The notes under the pieces were generated by a model. That model was not told where the DNA came from. It worked only from the letters and a program-made list of their open reading frames with translations, and ran no database searches. Positions 16,666-27,023 of a stretch of DNA of 54,253 nt are shown piece after piece (the stretch's first letter is position 1; each line of letters opens with the position of its first letter). The stretch spans positions 1 to 54,253 of IMG/VR virus record IMGVR_UViG_3300025018_000183; one strand, 5' to 3'. The stretch comes from a virus. Lineage: Duplodnaviria > Caudoviricetes. Made by a program: the position numbers and the translations under genes.

Positions 16666-19215
16666 ATGAGATCTGATTTTTACACGAATGTTTTTCAATA
16701 CGGTAATCATGTATTTCTCCGCGGTGTCGATAGTAATGGTAATCGTATTCAGCGCAAGATAAAGTATCAACCATATTTATTTATCGAGAAAGAATGCGAT
16801 GAGGGTTGGCGAACGCTTAACGGTGTAAACGTTTCGCAGAAACATTTCGATATGATATCTGACGCAAAGGCATACATCAAATCGTATAAAGATGTGTTAA
16901 CACTGTATGGGTCAGATCGTTGGGATTATGTATATCTACATGATGAATTTCGCGGCTGTAAACCGGATACCGATAAAATCAACGTCGTGTTTATCGACAT
17001 CGAAACGGAGTCCGACACTGGATTTCCTAATGTCGATCTAGCTGATAAAGGTATCTTATCGATTACAATGAAGAAGGGTGATTTATGTATTGCATTTGGT
17101 CTTAAAGAACTCGAGAAAGAAATTCCTAATGTATATTATGTACAGTGCAAAGACGAGCGCGACCTATTACAAAAGTTTCTTAACACTTGGATTAGCTTCG
17201 ATGTTGATGTTGTAACTGGTTGGAACACTGAATGGTTCGATATACCGTACATTATTAATCGTATGCGTCGTGTTCTTAGTGAAGAGCAGACGAAGACATT
17301 ATCACCATGGAATATTATTCGTGAATACACTGTCACGACAATGGGTCGCGAACAGAAGTCATACGAAATACGCGGTGTAGTTAATCTTGACTATCTCGCG
17401 ATCTATAAAAAGTTTCAACTCAAACCACGGGAATCGTATCGCTTAGGTGATATCGGCGAGGTTGAGTTGAATCAGTCGAAAGTTGACTACAGTGATTACA
17501 GTTCGCTGTCTGGATTATATCAAGATGATTTTAGGCTCTTCATCGAATACAATGTCGGTGACGTTTTACTTGTTGAGGAACTTGATAAGAAACTTGGATA
17601 CTTAAATCAGATATTTACACTTGCATACAATAGCGGTGTTAACTATGGTGATGCACTAACAACGCTAACGATCTGGGATACGACAATTCACAACGATCTT
17701 CACGACAAGCGTATCGTCGTTCCATTTCGTCGTTATAATAATTCATCGGATATTATTGAAGGCGGTTATGTAAAAGCGCCGATCACTGGTATGAGTCATT
17801 ATGTAATTGGGTTTGACCTCGATTCACTATACCCGCATCTCATTCAACAGTACAATATCTCGCCTGAAACTAGTGTATGCTGCGACGATAATCTATTTGA
17901 AATATCACACTCAAATCTCGAGGACTTGATACATAAGCGAGTTGACACATCAGTTCTAAAAAGAAAGAATGTATGCATGGCAGCAAACGGCCAATTTTAT
18001 CGAAAAGACGTTCGTGGATTCTTGCCTGTATTAATGGAGAAGATGTATAAGGATCGTAAAGAATTCAAGAACCGAATGCTCGAGCTCAAGAAACAATATG
18101 AAGAGACGAAGGACGAGAAGCTTAATCCCGAAATAACTCGCTGTAATAATATGCAAGGTGCTCTCAAAGTACTACTCAATTCTGCATATGGCGCAATTGC
18201 AAATCAATACTTTCGTTATTATCGCAGAGATAATGCTGAAGCGATTACAGTGTCGGGACAGCTATCGATTCGTTGGATTGAACGTAAAATGAATGAGTAT
18301 CTTAATAATGTACTAAAGACGAACGATATTGATTATGTCGTTGCATCAGACACCGACTCGATTTATGTATGTTTTCATGAGTTGGTAAAACGAGTATATC
18401 CCGATAAAAATACTGATGTGCATACGATCGTCGACTTTCTTGATAATGTAGTGAAGGAGAAGGTACTCGACTATATCAAAAAATCATACTATGAACTATA
18501 TGAATATATGAATGCGTTCGACCAAAAGATGAATATGAAACGTGAAATTATCAGTGACAAAGCAATTTGGACTGCCAAGAAACGTTACATTATGAACGTA
18601 TATGATGAAGAAGGAGTTCGTTATCACGAACCAAAGCTTAAGCTAATGGGTAGTGAAGCAATTCGTAGTTCAACACCAACCGCATGTCGCAAACGAATCA
18701 GGGAAACGATTAGGCTTATTATGAACAGTGATGAACCAACTGTTCAAGAATATATTTCAAAGTTTAGGTCAGAGTTCAAGACATTACCAATCGAGCAGAT
18801 TGCTTTTCCTCGTGGTGTAAATTTCATGACTACGAAAACAACTAGTACTGGTAAGACTGTCAGAGTTTCATGGAAAGATAAGAATACGTTATACAAGAAA
18901 GGCACGCCGATTCAGGTGAAAGCTGCTCTAATATATAATCAGATGCTAAAGAAACATGGCTTAGAAAATCGATATGAAACGATTCATACGGGTGAAAAGA
19001 TCAAGTTCGTTTATCTCAAAAAACCAAACCCAACTATGGATTCGGTGTTTGGTTTTGCACAAACATTACCAGACGAGTTCAATATTAAGAGTTACATTGA
19101 TTATGATCTACAGTTCACGAAAAGTTTCATTGATCCAATCACCGTTATTCTAAACGCGATCGGTTGGCATCATGAAAAACGCGCGACACTCGAGGATTTC
19201 TTTTTACAAAATTGA
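16666..19215 (+). CDS. 43: family B DNA polymerase (T4 gp43-like)
   Basis: DIET exo motif, DLDSLYPH, KVLLNSAYG, SDTDS, KKRY, C-terminal LEDFF clamp motif. Confidence 0.97.
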   Translation: MRSDFYTNVFQYGNHVFLRGVDSNGNRIQRKIKYQPYLFIEKECDEGWRTLNGVNVSQKHFDMISDAKAYIKSYKDVLTLYGSDRWDYVYLHDEFRGCKPDTDKINVVFIDIETESDTGFPNVDLADKGILSITMKKGDLCIAFGLKELEKEIPNVYYVQCKDERDLLQKFLNTWISFDVDVVTGWNTEWFDIPYIINRMRRVLSEEQTKTLSPWNIIREYTVTTMGREQKSYEIRGVVNLDYLAIYKKFQLKPRESYRLGDIGEVELNQSKVDYSDYSSLSGLYQDDFRLFIEYNVGDVLLVEELDKKLGYLNQIFTLAYNSGVNYGDALTTLTIWDTTIHNDLHDKRIVVPFRRYNNSSDIIEGGYVKAPITGMSHYVIGFDLDSLYPHLIQQYNISPETSVCCDDNLFEISHSNLEDLIHKRVDTSVLKRKNVCMAANGQFYRKDVRGFLPVLMEKMYKDRKEFKNRMLELKKQYEETKDEKLNPEITRCNNMQGALKVLLNSAYGAIANQYFRYYRRDNAEAITVSGQLSIRWIERKMNEYLNNVLKTNDIDYVVASDTDSIYVCFHELVKRVYPDKNTDVHTIVDFLDNVVKEKVLDYIKKSYYELYEYMNAFDQKMNMKREIISDKAIWTAKKRYIMNVYDEEGVRYHEPKLKLMGSEAIRSSTPTACRKRIRETIRLIMNSDEPTVQEYISKFRSEFKTLPIEQIAFPRGVNFMTTKTTSTGKTVRVSWKDKNTLYKKGTPIQVKAALIYNQMLKKHGLENRYETIHTGEKIKFVYLKKPNPTMDSVFGFAQTLPDEFNIKSYIDYDLQFTKSFIDPITVILNAIGWHHEKRATLEDFFLQN

Positions 19216-19274
19216 CATTCCATCTATCACTGATATACAATAAACAATAGGAACATAACTAGGAGACACAACAT

Positions 19275-20351
19275 ATGAGTTCGAAGTTACTCGATAAACT
19301 AAAGAAGAATTCAACTTCAAAGCTTTCATCGGTTCTTGATGAATCGATTCTTTACTCGGAAGTAAAGCACGTTGCAACAGATATACCTGTCTTTAATATT
19401 GCGCTATCAGGGAGTCTTGATGGTGGCTTGACTTCAGGATTAACAATGTTTGCTGGACCATCTAGACACTTTAAGACTGCATTCAGTCTTTTATGCGCAA
19501 AAGCATATCTTGATAAACACAAGGACGCTGTTCTATTATTCTACGATTCTGAGTTTGGTTCGCCGCAGGCGTACTTTCGTTCATTTGGTATCGACCCAGG
19601 ACGTGTATATCATACGCCAATCGTCGACATTGAAGGATTGAAGTTTGATATCATGGCACAACTACAGAATATTAACCGCGGCGATCATGTCATTATCGTA
19701 ATCGATTCAATCGGCAATGTCGCATCAAAGAAAGAAGTCGACGACGCGATCGACCAAAAGTCTGTTGCTGATATGACACGTGCAAAACAGCTTAAATCGT
19801 TGTTCCGTATGGTCACTCCGCATCTAACACTGAAAGACATTCCGATGATCGCGGTTAATCATACGTATAAAGAACAGGGATTGTATCCTAAGGATGTCGT
19901 CTCTGGTGGTACTGGTAGTTATTACTCAAGTTCAAATATCTTTGTCATTGGACGTCGGCAAGAAAAGACTGGCACTGAAGTAACAGGATACGACTTCATT
20001 ATTCGTATCGAGAAATCTCGATATACACGTGAAGGCGCAAAGATTCCTGTCACCGTTACATTTAGCGGTGGTATTAATAAGTGGTCAGGTCTACTTGAAA
20101 TTGCGATGGAAGGTGGTTTTGTAATCAAGCCATCTAACGGTTGGTATTCGCGAATAGATCGTGAAACAGCTGAAGTTGAAAATAAAAAGTATCGTGAAAA
20201 AGATACATATAACGATGAGTTCTGGAATCCAATTCTCAACTCATATAAGTTCCGTGAATATGTAAGAAAACGGTATTCTATTTGTGACGATCTGATTATG
20301 CGGGAAACTGATGATGTGAGTATTACTACTGCGGTGGATAACGATGAGTGA
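19275..20351 (+). CDS. uvsX: UvsX RecA-like recombinase
   Basis: AGPSRHFKT, YDSEFG, DMTRAK, SGGTG. Confidence 0.95.
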   Translation: MSSKLLDKLKKNSTSKLSSVLDESILYSEVKHVATDIPVFNIALSGSLDGGLTSGLTMFAGPSRHFKTAFSLLCAKAYLDKHKDAVLLFYDSEFGSPQAYFRSFGIDPGRVYHTPIVDIEGLKFDIMAQLQNINRGDHVIIVIDSIGNVASKKEVDDAIDQKSVADMTRAKQLKSLFRMVTPHLTLKDIPMIAVNHTYKEQGLYPKDVVSGGTGSYYSSSNIFVIGRRQEKTGTEVTGYDFIIRIEKSRYTREGAKIPVTVTFSGGINKWSGLLEIAMEGGFVIKPSNGWYSRIDRETAEVENKKYREKDTYNDEFWNPILNSYKFREYVRKRYSICDDLIMRETDDVSITTAVDNDE

Positions 20352-21726
20352 TATTGACATCGAGGGCTTGATATTTTCGCATATCATATATGACGAGGAG
20401 TACGCACGCGCAGTACTCCCGCATATGAAGATCGATTATTTTACGAATCGTTGTAATCGCCGCCTATATCAGATCATTAATGAATTCTTTGATAAGTTCA
20501 ATAAATGCCCAAGTGCTGAAATTGTACGAATGGAGATAAACGATTTAGATTTACTCGAGAACGATTATAAAGAACTATGTGCACTATCTGATTCATTAAT
20601 GAATAAACCGCCAGAGATCAATAAGAATTATCTTTTAGAGAAGACTGAAAAATTCTGTCAAGATCGTTCGATCTATAATGCGATCATGCAGTCGATTCAA
20701 ATTCTTGATGGCGAAGCTGGTGTTGGAAAGGGAGCAATTCCACAGCTACTATCCGAGGCACTGAGTGTTGCCTTTGATAATCGTATTGGGCATGATTATT
20801 TCGAAGATAGTGAAAATCGTTATGAAGAGTATCATCGTAAACTATCCAGGATACCATTTCATCTAAGCATTCTTAACAAGATCACGAATGGTGGTATTCT
20901 TCGTAAGACACTTAATATGTTATTGGGTGTTACTGGTGCTGGTAAGACTCATGTTATGTGTGACTTCGCGGCAGGTCATCTGACCGCTGGACTTAATGTA
21001 TTATACATAACACTTGAGATGGCTGAAGAGCGCATCGCCGAGCGCATCGACGCAAATCTAATGAATGTCACGATGAATGAATTGCGAACCGTACCAAAAG
21101 ATTCGTATATTCGTAAGATCGATCGCATTATGTCTAAGACCCGTGGAAAACTTATCATTAAGGAATTTCCAACAGCTACTGTTGGTGCTGGGCATTTTCG
21201 TCATCTGTTAAATGAACTGAAAACGAAGAAGAACTTTATACCGGATGTAATCTATATTGACTACATTAATCTTTGTTCTTCTTCACGCATGAAGATGGGC
21301 GCAAATATTAACACTTATAGTTACATCAAAGCGATCGCAGAAGAGATTCGTGGTTTAGCAGTTGAGTTCAATGTTGCCATTTGGAGCGCAACGCAAGCAA
21401 ATCGTGATGGGTATAAGAACACTGATATCGATTTAACGAATACATCCGAGAGCATTGGGCTACCGCAGACCGTTGATTTCATGTTAGGTATGGTTGTAAC
21501 TGATGAGCTTGAAGATATGAAACGTATGATGATTAAGCAGTTAAAGAATCGATATAACGATCCATCATATTATCGTCGATTCACAATCGGATCAGATCGT
21601 TCAAGAATGAAGCTATTTGATGTTGAACAGCAAGAGCAAGATAATAGCCCATCGCCTGTAGACCCAGCTGTTGCGAATGCATTCAAATCAAATAAACCCC
21701 GAATTGATTTTAACGACTGGAAATAA
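20344..21726 (+). CDS. 41: replicative helicase gp41
   Basis: GVTGAGKT, LEMAEERI, DYINL, SATQANR, QLKNRY. Confidence 0.95.
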   Translation: MSDIDIEGLIFSHIIYDEEYARAVLPHMKIDYFTNRCNRRLYQIINEFFDKFNKCPSAEIVRMEINDLDLLENDYKELCALSDSLMNKPPEINKNYLLEKTEKFCQDRSIYNAIMQSIQILDGEAGVGKGAIPQLLSEALSVAFDNRIGHDYFEDSENRYEEYHRKLSRIPFHLSILNKITNGGILRKTLNMLLGVTGAGKTHVMCDFAAGHLTAGLNVLYITLEMAEERIAERIDANLMNVTMNELRTVPKDSYIRKIDRIMSKTRGKLIIKEFPTATVGAGHFRHLLNELKTKKNFIPDVIYIDYINLCSSSRMKMGANINTYSYIKAIAEEIRGLAVEFNVAIWSATQANRDGYKNTDIDLTNTSESIGLPQTVDFMLGMVVTDELEDMKRMMIKQLKNRYNDPSYYRRFTIGSDRSRMKLFDVEQQEQDNSPSPVDPAVANAFKSNKPRIDFNDWK

Positions 21727-21728
21727 TA

Positions 21729-22139
21729 ATGAGCGAAATTAAAAAATACAAATTCAATGAAGACAAGTGGATTTCCGTTATTCGTGATTATATCGATAAG
21801 ACATATAAGAATCCTCGCTATTATAAGAATAGCATACAGGCAACTGAATTCGTCAATGACTATGATCATATGATCGGCTTTACACTAGGCAACATTATAA
21901 AGTATGCACAGCATTATTATGCACAGCGTTATAATGAGAAAGGAACTAAACGAGATCATCAGAATGATATCTTTAAGATAATTCACTATGCAATATTATT
22001 GCTAGAACTAGAAGATAATGCTCATGGTTCTGATGAAAGTCAAGTAGATGATGATGAACTTGTTAATGATATACCCAAAGATATCAGATATCATCGTCAA
22101 ACCGGACTTGATGCGTATGAAAATGATAATATAAAATGA
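21729..22139 (+). CDS. DUF3310-like conserved protein
   Basis: GFTLGNIIKY...DIFKIIHYA. Confidence 0.7.
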   Translation: MSEIKKYKFNEDKWISVIRDYIDKTYKNPRYYKNSIQATEFVNDYDHMIGFTLGNIIKYAQHYYAQRYNEKGTKRDHQNDIFKIIHYAILLLELEDNAHGSDESQVDDDELVNDIPKDIRYHRQTGLDAYENDNIK

Positions 22140-22225
22140 AAATCGTGATCATATCGACTATTTTATGTTTTTTACTTGCATGTGCACTTGTCGCAGCAAT
22201 TAACTATTTCTTTGGCCAACGTTAG
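22136..22225 (+). CDS. 29-aa hydrophobic peptide
   Basis: ATGA coupling; MKIVIISTILCFLLACALVAAINYFFGQR. Confidence 0.5.
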   Translation: MKIVIISTILCFLLACALVAAINYFFGQR

Positions 22226-22234
22226 GAGATTATT

Positions 22235-23263
22235 ATGAAAAGAAATAAGAAGATTCTAATCACTGGCGGCTGCGGTTTTGTCGGTTCAAATTTAATACCT
22301 CTATTGATAGAGAATTCGTATGATGTTGTAATAGTCGACAATCTATCGCAATCAGTATATGATAAAAATCTACATGGTAATGCCAAATTTCATTTAGCGG
22401 ATATTCGTGACGCGAATATCATGAATAAGATTTTTATGAATGAGAAACCTGACGTCGTGTTTCACCTCGCTGGTTTGGTTTCGATTTATGATTGTCATAA
22501 CGATACATTATCGGCTGCACACAACAATATCATTGGCTCCATTAATGTGTTCAACGCTGCGCTCGCATGTGGTTGCGATCGTGTTATCTTCTCAGAAACG
22601 TCAGCAGTATATGAAAATGTTGATCTGCCCGATGGCGGCTATACAGAAGACACATCGGACCCAACAACATTTTATGCAACGACAAAAGCTGCTGTAGCAT
22701 TAATCGCAGATAGCTATGCGAGAACGCGTGGTTTGAAATATACTGCGCTTCGTTATTTTAATATCGCAGGCCCAGTACAAGATTATAAGAGAACCGTTCC
22801 ACCATTATTTGCTGGTGTTGCATTACGTTTACTTGGTGGTCGCAATCCAATTATATTCGGCGACGGCAATCGAAGTCGCGACTTTATTCATGTTGATGAC
22901 GTGAATGCGTTTCATTTACTTTGTCTTAATGATGATCGAACTATCGGTCAGACATTTAACTTAGGATCGGGTATGTCATATTCGTTATTTCGCATTTCAG
23001 AATTCATCTTTGAATATTTACGTGTAAATAATGATCTCGAATTGCCGCTGCTTGAGTATGACTTTTATCCAGAGATCAACGGCGAAGCGCATACAATATA
23101 CGCAAACATTGATAAAGCGAAGTCTCTTGGATGGAAACCAATGAAAACCATGTTCGACGCAATCGTTGATACGATCAAATATCTAGAGAAAGAGATCGAA
23201 TTAAATAATGTAAAGCCGTCTGAATTTATGGTCAACCTAAACACAGACACGATTAAAATCTGA
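22235..23263 (+). CDS. NAD-dependent nucleotide-sugar epimerase/dehydratase
   Basis: TGGCGFVG, YATTK, LRYFNIAGP, RDFIHVDD. Confidence 0.93.
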   Translation: MKRNKKILITGGCGFVGSNLIPLLIENSYDVVIVDNLSQSVYDKNLHGNAKFHLADIRDANIMNKIFMNEKPDVVFHLAGLVSIYDCHNDTLSAAHNNIIGSINVFNAALACGCDRVIFSETSAVYENVDLPDGGYTEDTSDPTTFYATTKAAVALIADSYARTRGLKYTALRYFNIAGPVQDYKRTVPPLFAGVALRLLGGRNPIIFGDGNRSRDFIHVDDVNAFHLLCLNDDRTIGQTFNLGSGMSYSLFRISEFIFEYLRVNNDLELPLLEYDFYPEINGEAHTIYANIDKAKSLGWKPMKTMFDAIVDTIKYLEKEIELNNVKPSEFMVNLNTDTIKI

Positions 23264-23271
23264 CCATATAG

Positions 23272-23497
23272 TCTAGAAGCGGTCTAGACACGGTTTTATC
23301 GAATATTGTTGGTTCTATATTCGATAAATTGAAAACCGTGTCTAGACCGCTTCTAGATGTCATCGCGTAACTTGTTGTTTTATTGACATTTCTGTAACCT
23401 ATTGATTTTATTGATAAATTATTTTCACAAATTTATCATAAAACTATTGACAAAGCCGTCCGGATGTGGTAGAATAGTATCAACAAATCGGAAAACA
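23272..23497 (+). repeat. full cassette: 86-nt four-TCTAGA hairpin, IHF-like sites, promoter, leader
   Basis: TCTAGA at 23272, 23283, 23341, 23352 within a 26-bp perfect stem; TTGACA 23447, TAGAAT 23470. Confidence 0.88.
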
Positions 23498-23509
23498 TGC
23501 GAAACTGAA

Positions 23510-23881
23510 ATGAATAAGATTTTTAATGTACCAATTTCACCTGAAATGCAGCACATTCGAATCGTGAATGCTATCTTCAATTTTGGAATGTATGAGGTTG
23601 ATGATTCATCAAAGCCTAAAGTAGATCCATCTATCACGACAATTATCGTTTTGGTTTTTGATGAATTAGAACCACGCATACATACAGCTAAAAATCAATA
23701 TAAGCTCATGTGGGGAACAATCAAGCACCAGCCAATTTTCGACGAAAATTCTTATGATGCGTCGAGGCTTGCTTTTGTTCAGCAAGTCGCTTTACACGGT
23801 GCTCGTTTGCCAATCGAAGCAGCCAGTGCTCTCTTTGGTTATCTTCCGATTAATCCGTTTACGATGGAGAACGAACACTAA
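23510..23881 (+). CDS. early hypothetical protein
   Basis: start trimmed to the ATG after the cassette promoter. Confidence 0.7.
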   Translation: MNKIFNVPISPEMQHIRIVNAIFNFGMYEVDDSSKPKVDPSITTIIVLVFDELEPRIHTAKNQYKLMWGTIKHQPIFDENSYDASRLAFVQQVALHGARLPIEAASALFGYLPINPFTMENEH

Positions 23882-23942
23882 ATCATCGAGATTTAGGGCG
23901 GTAGTGAAACGAAAGGTGATTATGTAACTTGGATGCTATGAT

Positions 23943-24155
23943 ATGAGTATAAGTGAAATCGTCGTTCTACGAGAGATCACCGCGTGGGATGGTAATACAC
24001 CAAATCATACGTATCATATTGCGAAGAAATCAGGAAAGTTGATCGCATATGAAAATGTTCGAACTGGCGAATTTATTCGTCTCAAGAAGTCGCTATCCTT
24101 TTCGCGAACTAGACGTAAATTCAAACAAATCCGTACATATCAATTGGACCGGTAG
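23943..24155 (+). CDS. small phage protein
   Basis: EITAW..PNHTY...RRKF pattern. Confidence 0.7.
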   Translation: MSISEIVVLREITAWDGNTPNHTYHIAKKSGKLIAYENVRTGEFIRLKKSLSFSRTRRKFKQIRTYQLDR

Positions 24156-24194
24156 ACTGTGGGTTCGAGGCCCACTATTAATGTGGAGTAAAAC

Positions 24195-24386
24195 ATGATT
24201 AATGCAATTCAAAATGATCGTGTAATTTGGATCGCAGATTCAATTGATCATGCAGTTCGAAAACTCGAACTGCGTGGACACACATTATCACAGGCTTCAT
24301 GGGCACTTCGCCATCTCGGCGAACATGCACATAACAACGTGCTTTTAACAAAATCAAACATATCTGATAAAATATATCAAATATGA
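24195..24386 (+). CDS. hypothetical protein
   Basis: GGAG RBS, coupled to next gene. Confidence 0.6.
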   Translation: MINAIQNDRVIWIADSIDHAVRKLELRGHTLSQASWALRHLGEHAHNNVLLTKSNISDKIYQI

Positions 24387-24943
24387 ACATATTCATTCTT
24401 GACGAAAATCCAACAATCGCAGCACGTATGCAATGCGATCGTCATGTTGTTAAGATGATTATTGAAAGCGCGCAGATGTTATCGACGGCCCATCGCGTAA
24501 TTGCCGGTACAGTTGAGAAACGTAAATCGAAGTCAGGACGATCAATGATTCGTTATTATCGACATCCCGATGATAAACTTGAATCTGTTTTATATAAAGG
24601 TGTCCATTATAATCATCCGTGCACACAATGGACGCATGAGACCGATTCGAATTATATGTGGCACTACGATCACTTTATTGCGTTATGTAATGAATATACA
24701 TATCGTTATAATCGGCGGCATGCAACAGATAGCCGCCTTCGTGACACATTAAAGCGACCACCAAAGAACATACCTATCGGAATTCTTACACCATTTCGTC
24801 TCGCAATGAACGCAAATCCAGAGTGCATCAATGAATCCGATCCAGTCGGGTCGTATCGAAAATTTTATCAGACCAAACAGACTCGGTTCGATATGAGATG
24901 GACTAATCGCAATGTACCATGCTGGTTTATAAGAAATGAGTAA
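24383..24943 (+). CDS. pyrimidine-dimer DNA glycosylase-like protein
   Basis: MNIFILD...CDRHVVKMIIESAQMLSTAHR, HPCTQW. Confidence 0.75.
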   Translation: MNIFILDENPTIAARMQCDRHVVKMIIESAQMLSTAHRVIAGTVEKRKSKSGRSMIRYYRHPDDKLESVLYKGVHYNHPCTQWTHETDSNYMWHYDHFIALCNEYTYRYNRRHATDSRLRDTLKRPPKNIPIGILTPFRLAMNANPECINESDPVGSYRKFYQTKQTRFDMRWTNRNVPCWFIRNE

Positions 24944-24989
24944 CTATATGTAATATTGAATTGCAACTTGAATATTGAATTGCAACTAT

Positions 24990-25015
24990 AGGTGGCCGTG
25001 TGCCACCTTTCTTTT
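24990..25015 (+). terminator. intrinsic terminator
   Basis: aggtggc-cgtgt-gccacct plus T tract. Confidence 0.75.
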
Positions 25016-25017
25016 CA

Positions 25018-25025
25018 TATAAATA
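25018..25025 (+). promoter_or_regulatory. T4 late promoter
   Basis: TATAAATA directly after terminator. Confidence 0.75.
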
Positions 25026-25058
25026 TGAAATAGTAAATTTACTTTGGAGATAATTAAT

Positions 25059-25778
25059 ATGTCAGCAGCGTCAGATCGTTATGAGAAGTTAATTGCGAGT
25101 ACAATTGATTCTATTCCAGGATTAGCGGCCACACAAGGAACGGATGTCAAATATTCAGACGTTCTCATTAAGAAAGGAAATACGAAGACGTGGTTAGAGG
25201 TGAAAATGAATCATACTGATAATTTATCAAACCCGCGTATGTTTTATATGAATAGTGTTTGGCAGAGTACATATAAAACACCTGCGGCATATGAGGCGCT
25301 TAGAATACTAAATGCATCAGCTGACGCAGATAAATTTATTAAATCTATTTCCAAGTTTAGTGGAATACCATATAAGCATATTATAATAGGCACAACTAAG
25401 TCGCATCTAAAAATGGAAGGCGCAGTACCACTCGAAATAATGAAAAATTATTTCGCTCAACCTAATGTAAATCGTTACATTTTGAAGAATGACAATTATC
25501 CAATTGGAAAACTAGTAACAAAACACTACCTCGAAGGTAAAGCAGAACCTGCACACTATTTACAAGCAGGCGATGATTTTTATCGTATTGGTACAAACGA
25601 CCCATTTAAACTTGGTATGTCTATTCCTGCGCTATCAGGAAACGGTGCATTCAAAATTCGCGTATCAACGCGTACGCATTTTTACGAAGTTCAGGCCGAG
25701 ATCAAAATTGTATCAATGCCACATAGTAAATATTCGATTCATCCTGATAGCAAAAAAATCAACCCATTTTTAAAATGA
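25059..25778 (+). CDS. PD-(D/E)XK-like late protein
   Basis: E...SDV...LEVK pattern; function inferred. Confidence 0.6.
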   Translation: MSAASDRYEKLIASTIDSIPGLAATQGTDVKYSDVLIKKGNTKTWLEVKMNHTDNLSNPRMFYMNSVWQSTYKTPAAYEALRILNASADADKFIKSISKFSGIPYKHIIIGTTKSHLKMEGAVPLEIMKNYFAQPNVNRYILKNDNYPIGKLVTKHYLEGKAEPAHYLQAGDDFYRIGTNDPFKLGMSIPALSGNGAFKIRVSTRTHFYEVQAEIKIVSMPHSKYSIHPDSKKINPFLK

Positions 25779-25788
25779 GAATGTCACA

Positions 25789-27018
25789 ATGTTAACATAT
25801 AATCAGTTTTTAATTGAACAAAAGAACACTCACATGGAACATATCGAGGATTTGATATTCAATGAGGGTGTTAATGGTACACGTAAAGCGATATTCTTTT
25901 TACGCGATTTGCGTGATATGTTCGCTGGAAATTCGAGCACATCTATTAGAACTAGTCTAAAATATGATGGTGCACCTGCAATCTTCGCTGGATATGACCC
26001 GAGCGATGGTCAGTTCTTTGTTGCGAAGAAAGGTATTTTCAACAAGAACCCACAGATATATAAAACGAAGGCAGACATTGATGCGAATTTATCAGGTGAC
26101 TTACGTGAAAAGTTTTTAGTATCGCTCGAAGAGTTTTCGAAGTTGAATATACCTAAAGGCGTCGTATATCAAGGTGATCTTATGTTTACGTCTAACGATA
26201 TTAAATCGGAAACGATTCATGGCGAAAAATATATAACATTTCAACCAAACACGATTGTTTATACAATACCAATTAAAAGTCGTATCGCAAGTAAAATTAA
26301 GCGAGCGAAAGTTGGTGTAGTATGGCACACAGTATATCGTGGACGCGATTTCGAGTCAATGTCAGCGTCTTTCGGTGAAAACATTATACGTACGTTAAAG
26401 AATGTATCGAGTGTATGGATGGATGACGCAACAATCACCGACGTATCTGGTATTGCGACGTTCACGAAGGAAGAAACGAATCAATTAACACTCATATTAA
26501 GCCAAGCAGGAAAGATCTTTAACAAAATACCAGCCGATTTGTTGAATTCATTTTCCTCAAACGACGATCTCCTTATTCGAGTTAAAAAATTTATCAACGA
26601 CCATGTTCGTGAAAATAAGATTATTCAACCTAGTGGTTCTGCGAAACGTCTCTTCGATTTCATTACTAATTATTATCAGAATGAAATCGACAAAAGAAAG
26701 ACTCCAGCGTCGAAGGAACAGTGGACAAATAAACATAAAGAAGCTATTCGTATATTTCAAGTACACGGCCCGCAGGATTTTGAGCGTGTATTCTACTTAA
26801 TGAATCTTCTATCTGAAGCGAAACTGTTTATCATTAAGAAGATATCGGATATTAATTCGCTCGGCACATTCCTAAGAACACGTAATGGATTTGAGGTTAC
26901 ACAACAAGAAGGTTTAGTTGTAATCGATCATATTGGTAGAGCCGTGAAGCTCGTTGATCGATTGGAATTCTCGCGCGCTAATTTCAGCGCAGATATTATA
27001 AAGGGATGGCAGAAATAA
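25789..27018 (+). CDS. ligase-fold nucleotidyltransferase-like protein
   Basis: KYDG motif I, QGDLMF, EGLVV, VKLVDR; N-terminus MLTYNQFLIE. Confidence 0.75.
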   Translation: MLTYNQFLIEQKNTHMEHIEDLIFNEGVNGTRKAIFFLRDLRDMFAGNSSTSIRTSLKYDGAPAIFAGYDPSDGQFFVAKKGIFNKNPQIYKTKADIDANLSGDLREKFLVSLEEFSKLNIPKGVVYQGDLMFTSNDIKSETIHGEKYITFQPNTIVYTIPIKSRIASKIKRAKVGVVWHTVYRGRDFESMSASFGENIIRTLKNVSSVWMDDATITDVSGIATFTKEETNQLTLILSQAGKIFNKIPADLLNSFSSNDDLLIRVKKFINDHVRENKIIQPSGSAKRLFDFITNYYQNEIDKRKTPASKEQWTNKHKEAIRIFQVHGPQDFERVFYLMNLLSEAKLFIIKKISDINSLGTFLRTRNGFEVTQQEGLVVIDHIGRAVKLVDRLEFSRANFSADIIKGWQK

Positions 27019-27023
27019 AAATC

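Noticed and set aside
16612-16770. 53-aa N-terminal extension of the lysozyme ORF
   Set aside because: It overlaps gp43 and its promoter; lysozyme similarity begins at MSIDRE (16611).
24157-24177. gtgggttcgaggcccac T-arm-like hairpin
   Set aside because: No surrounding cloverleaf; at most a small hairpin or relic.
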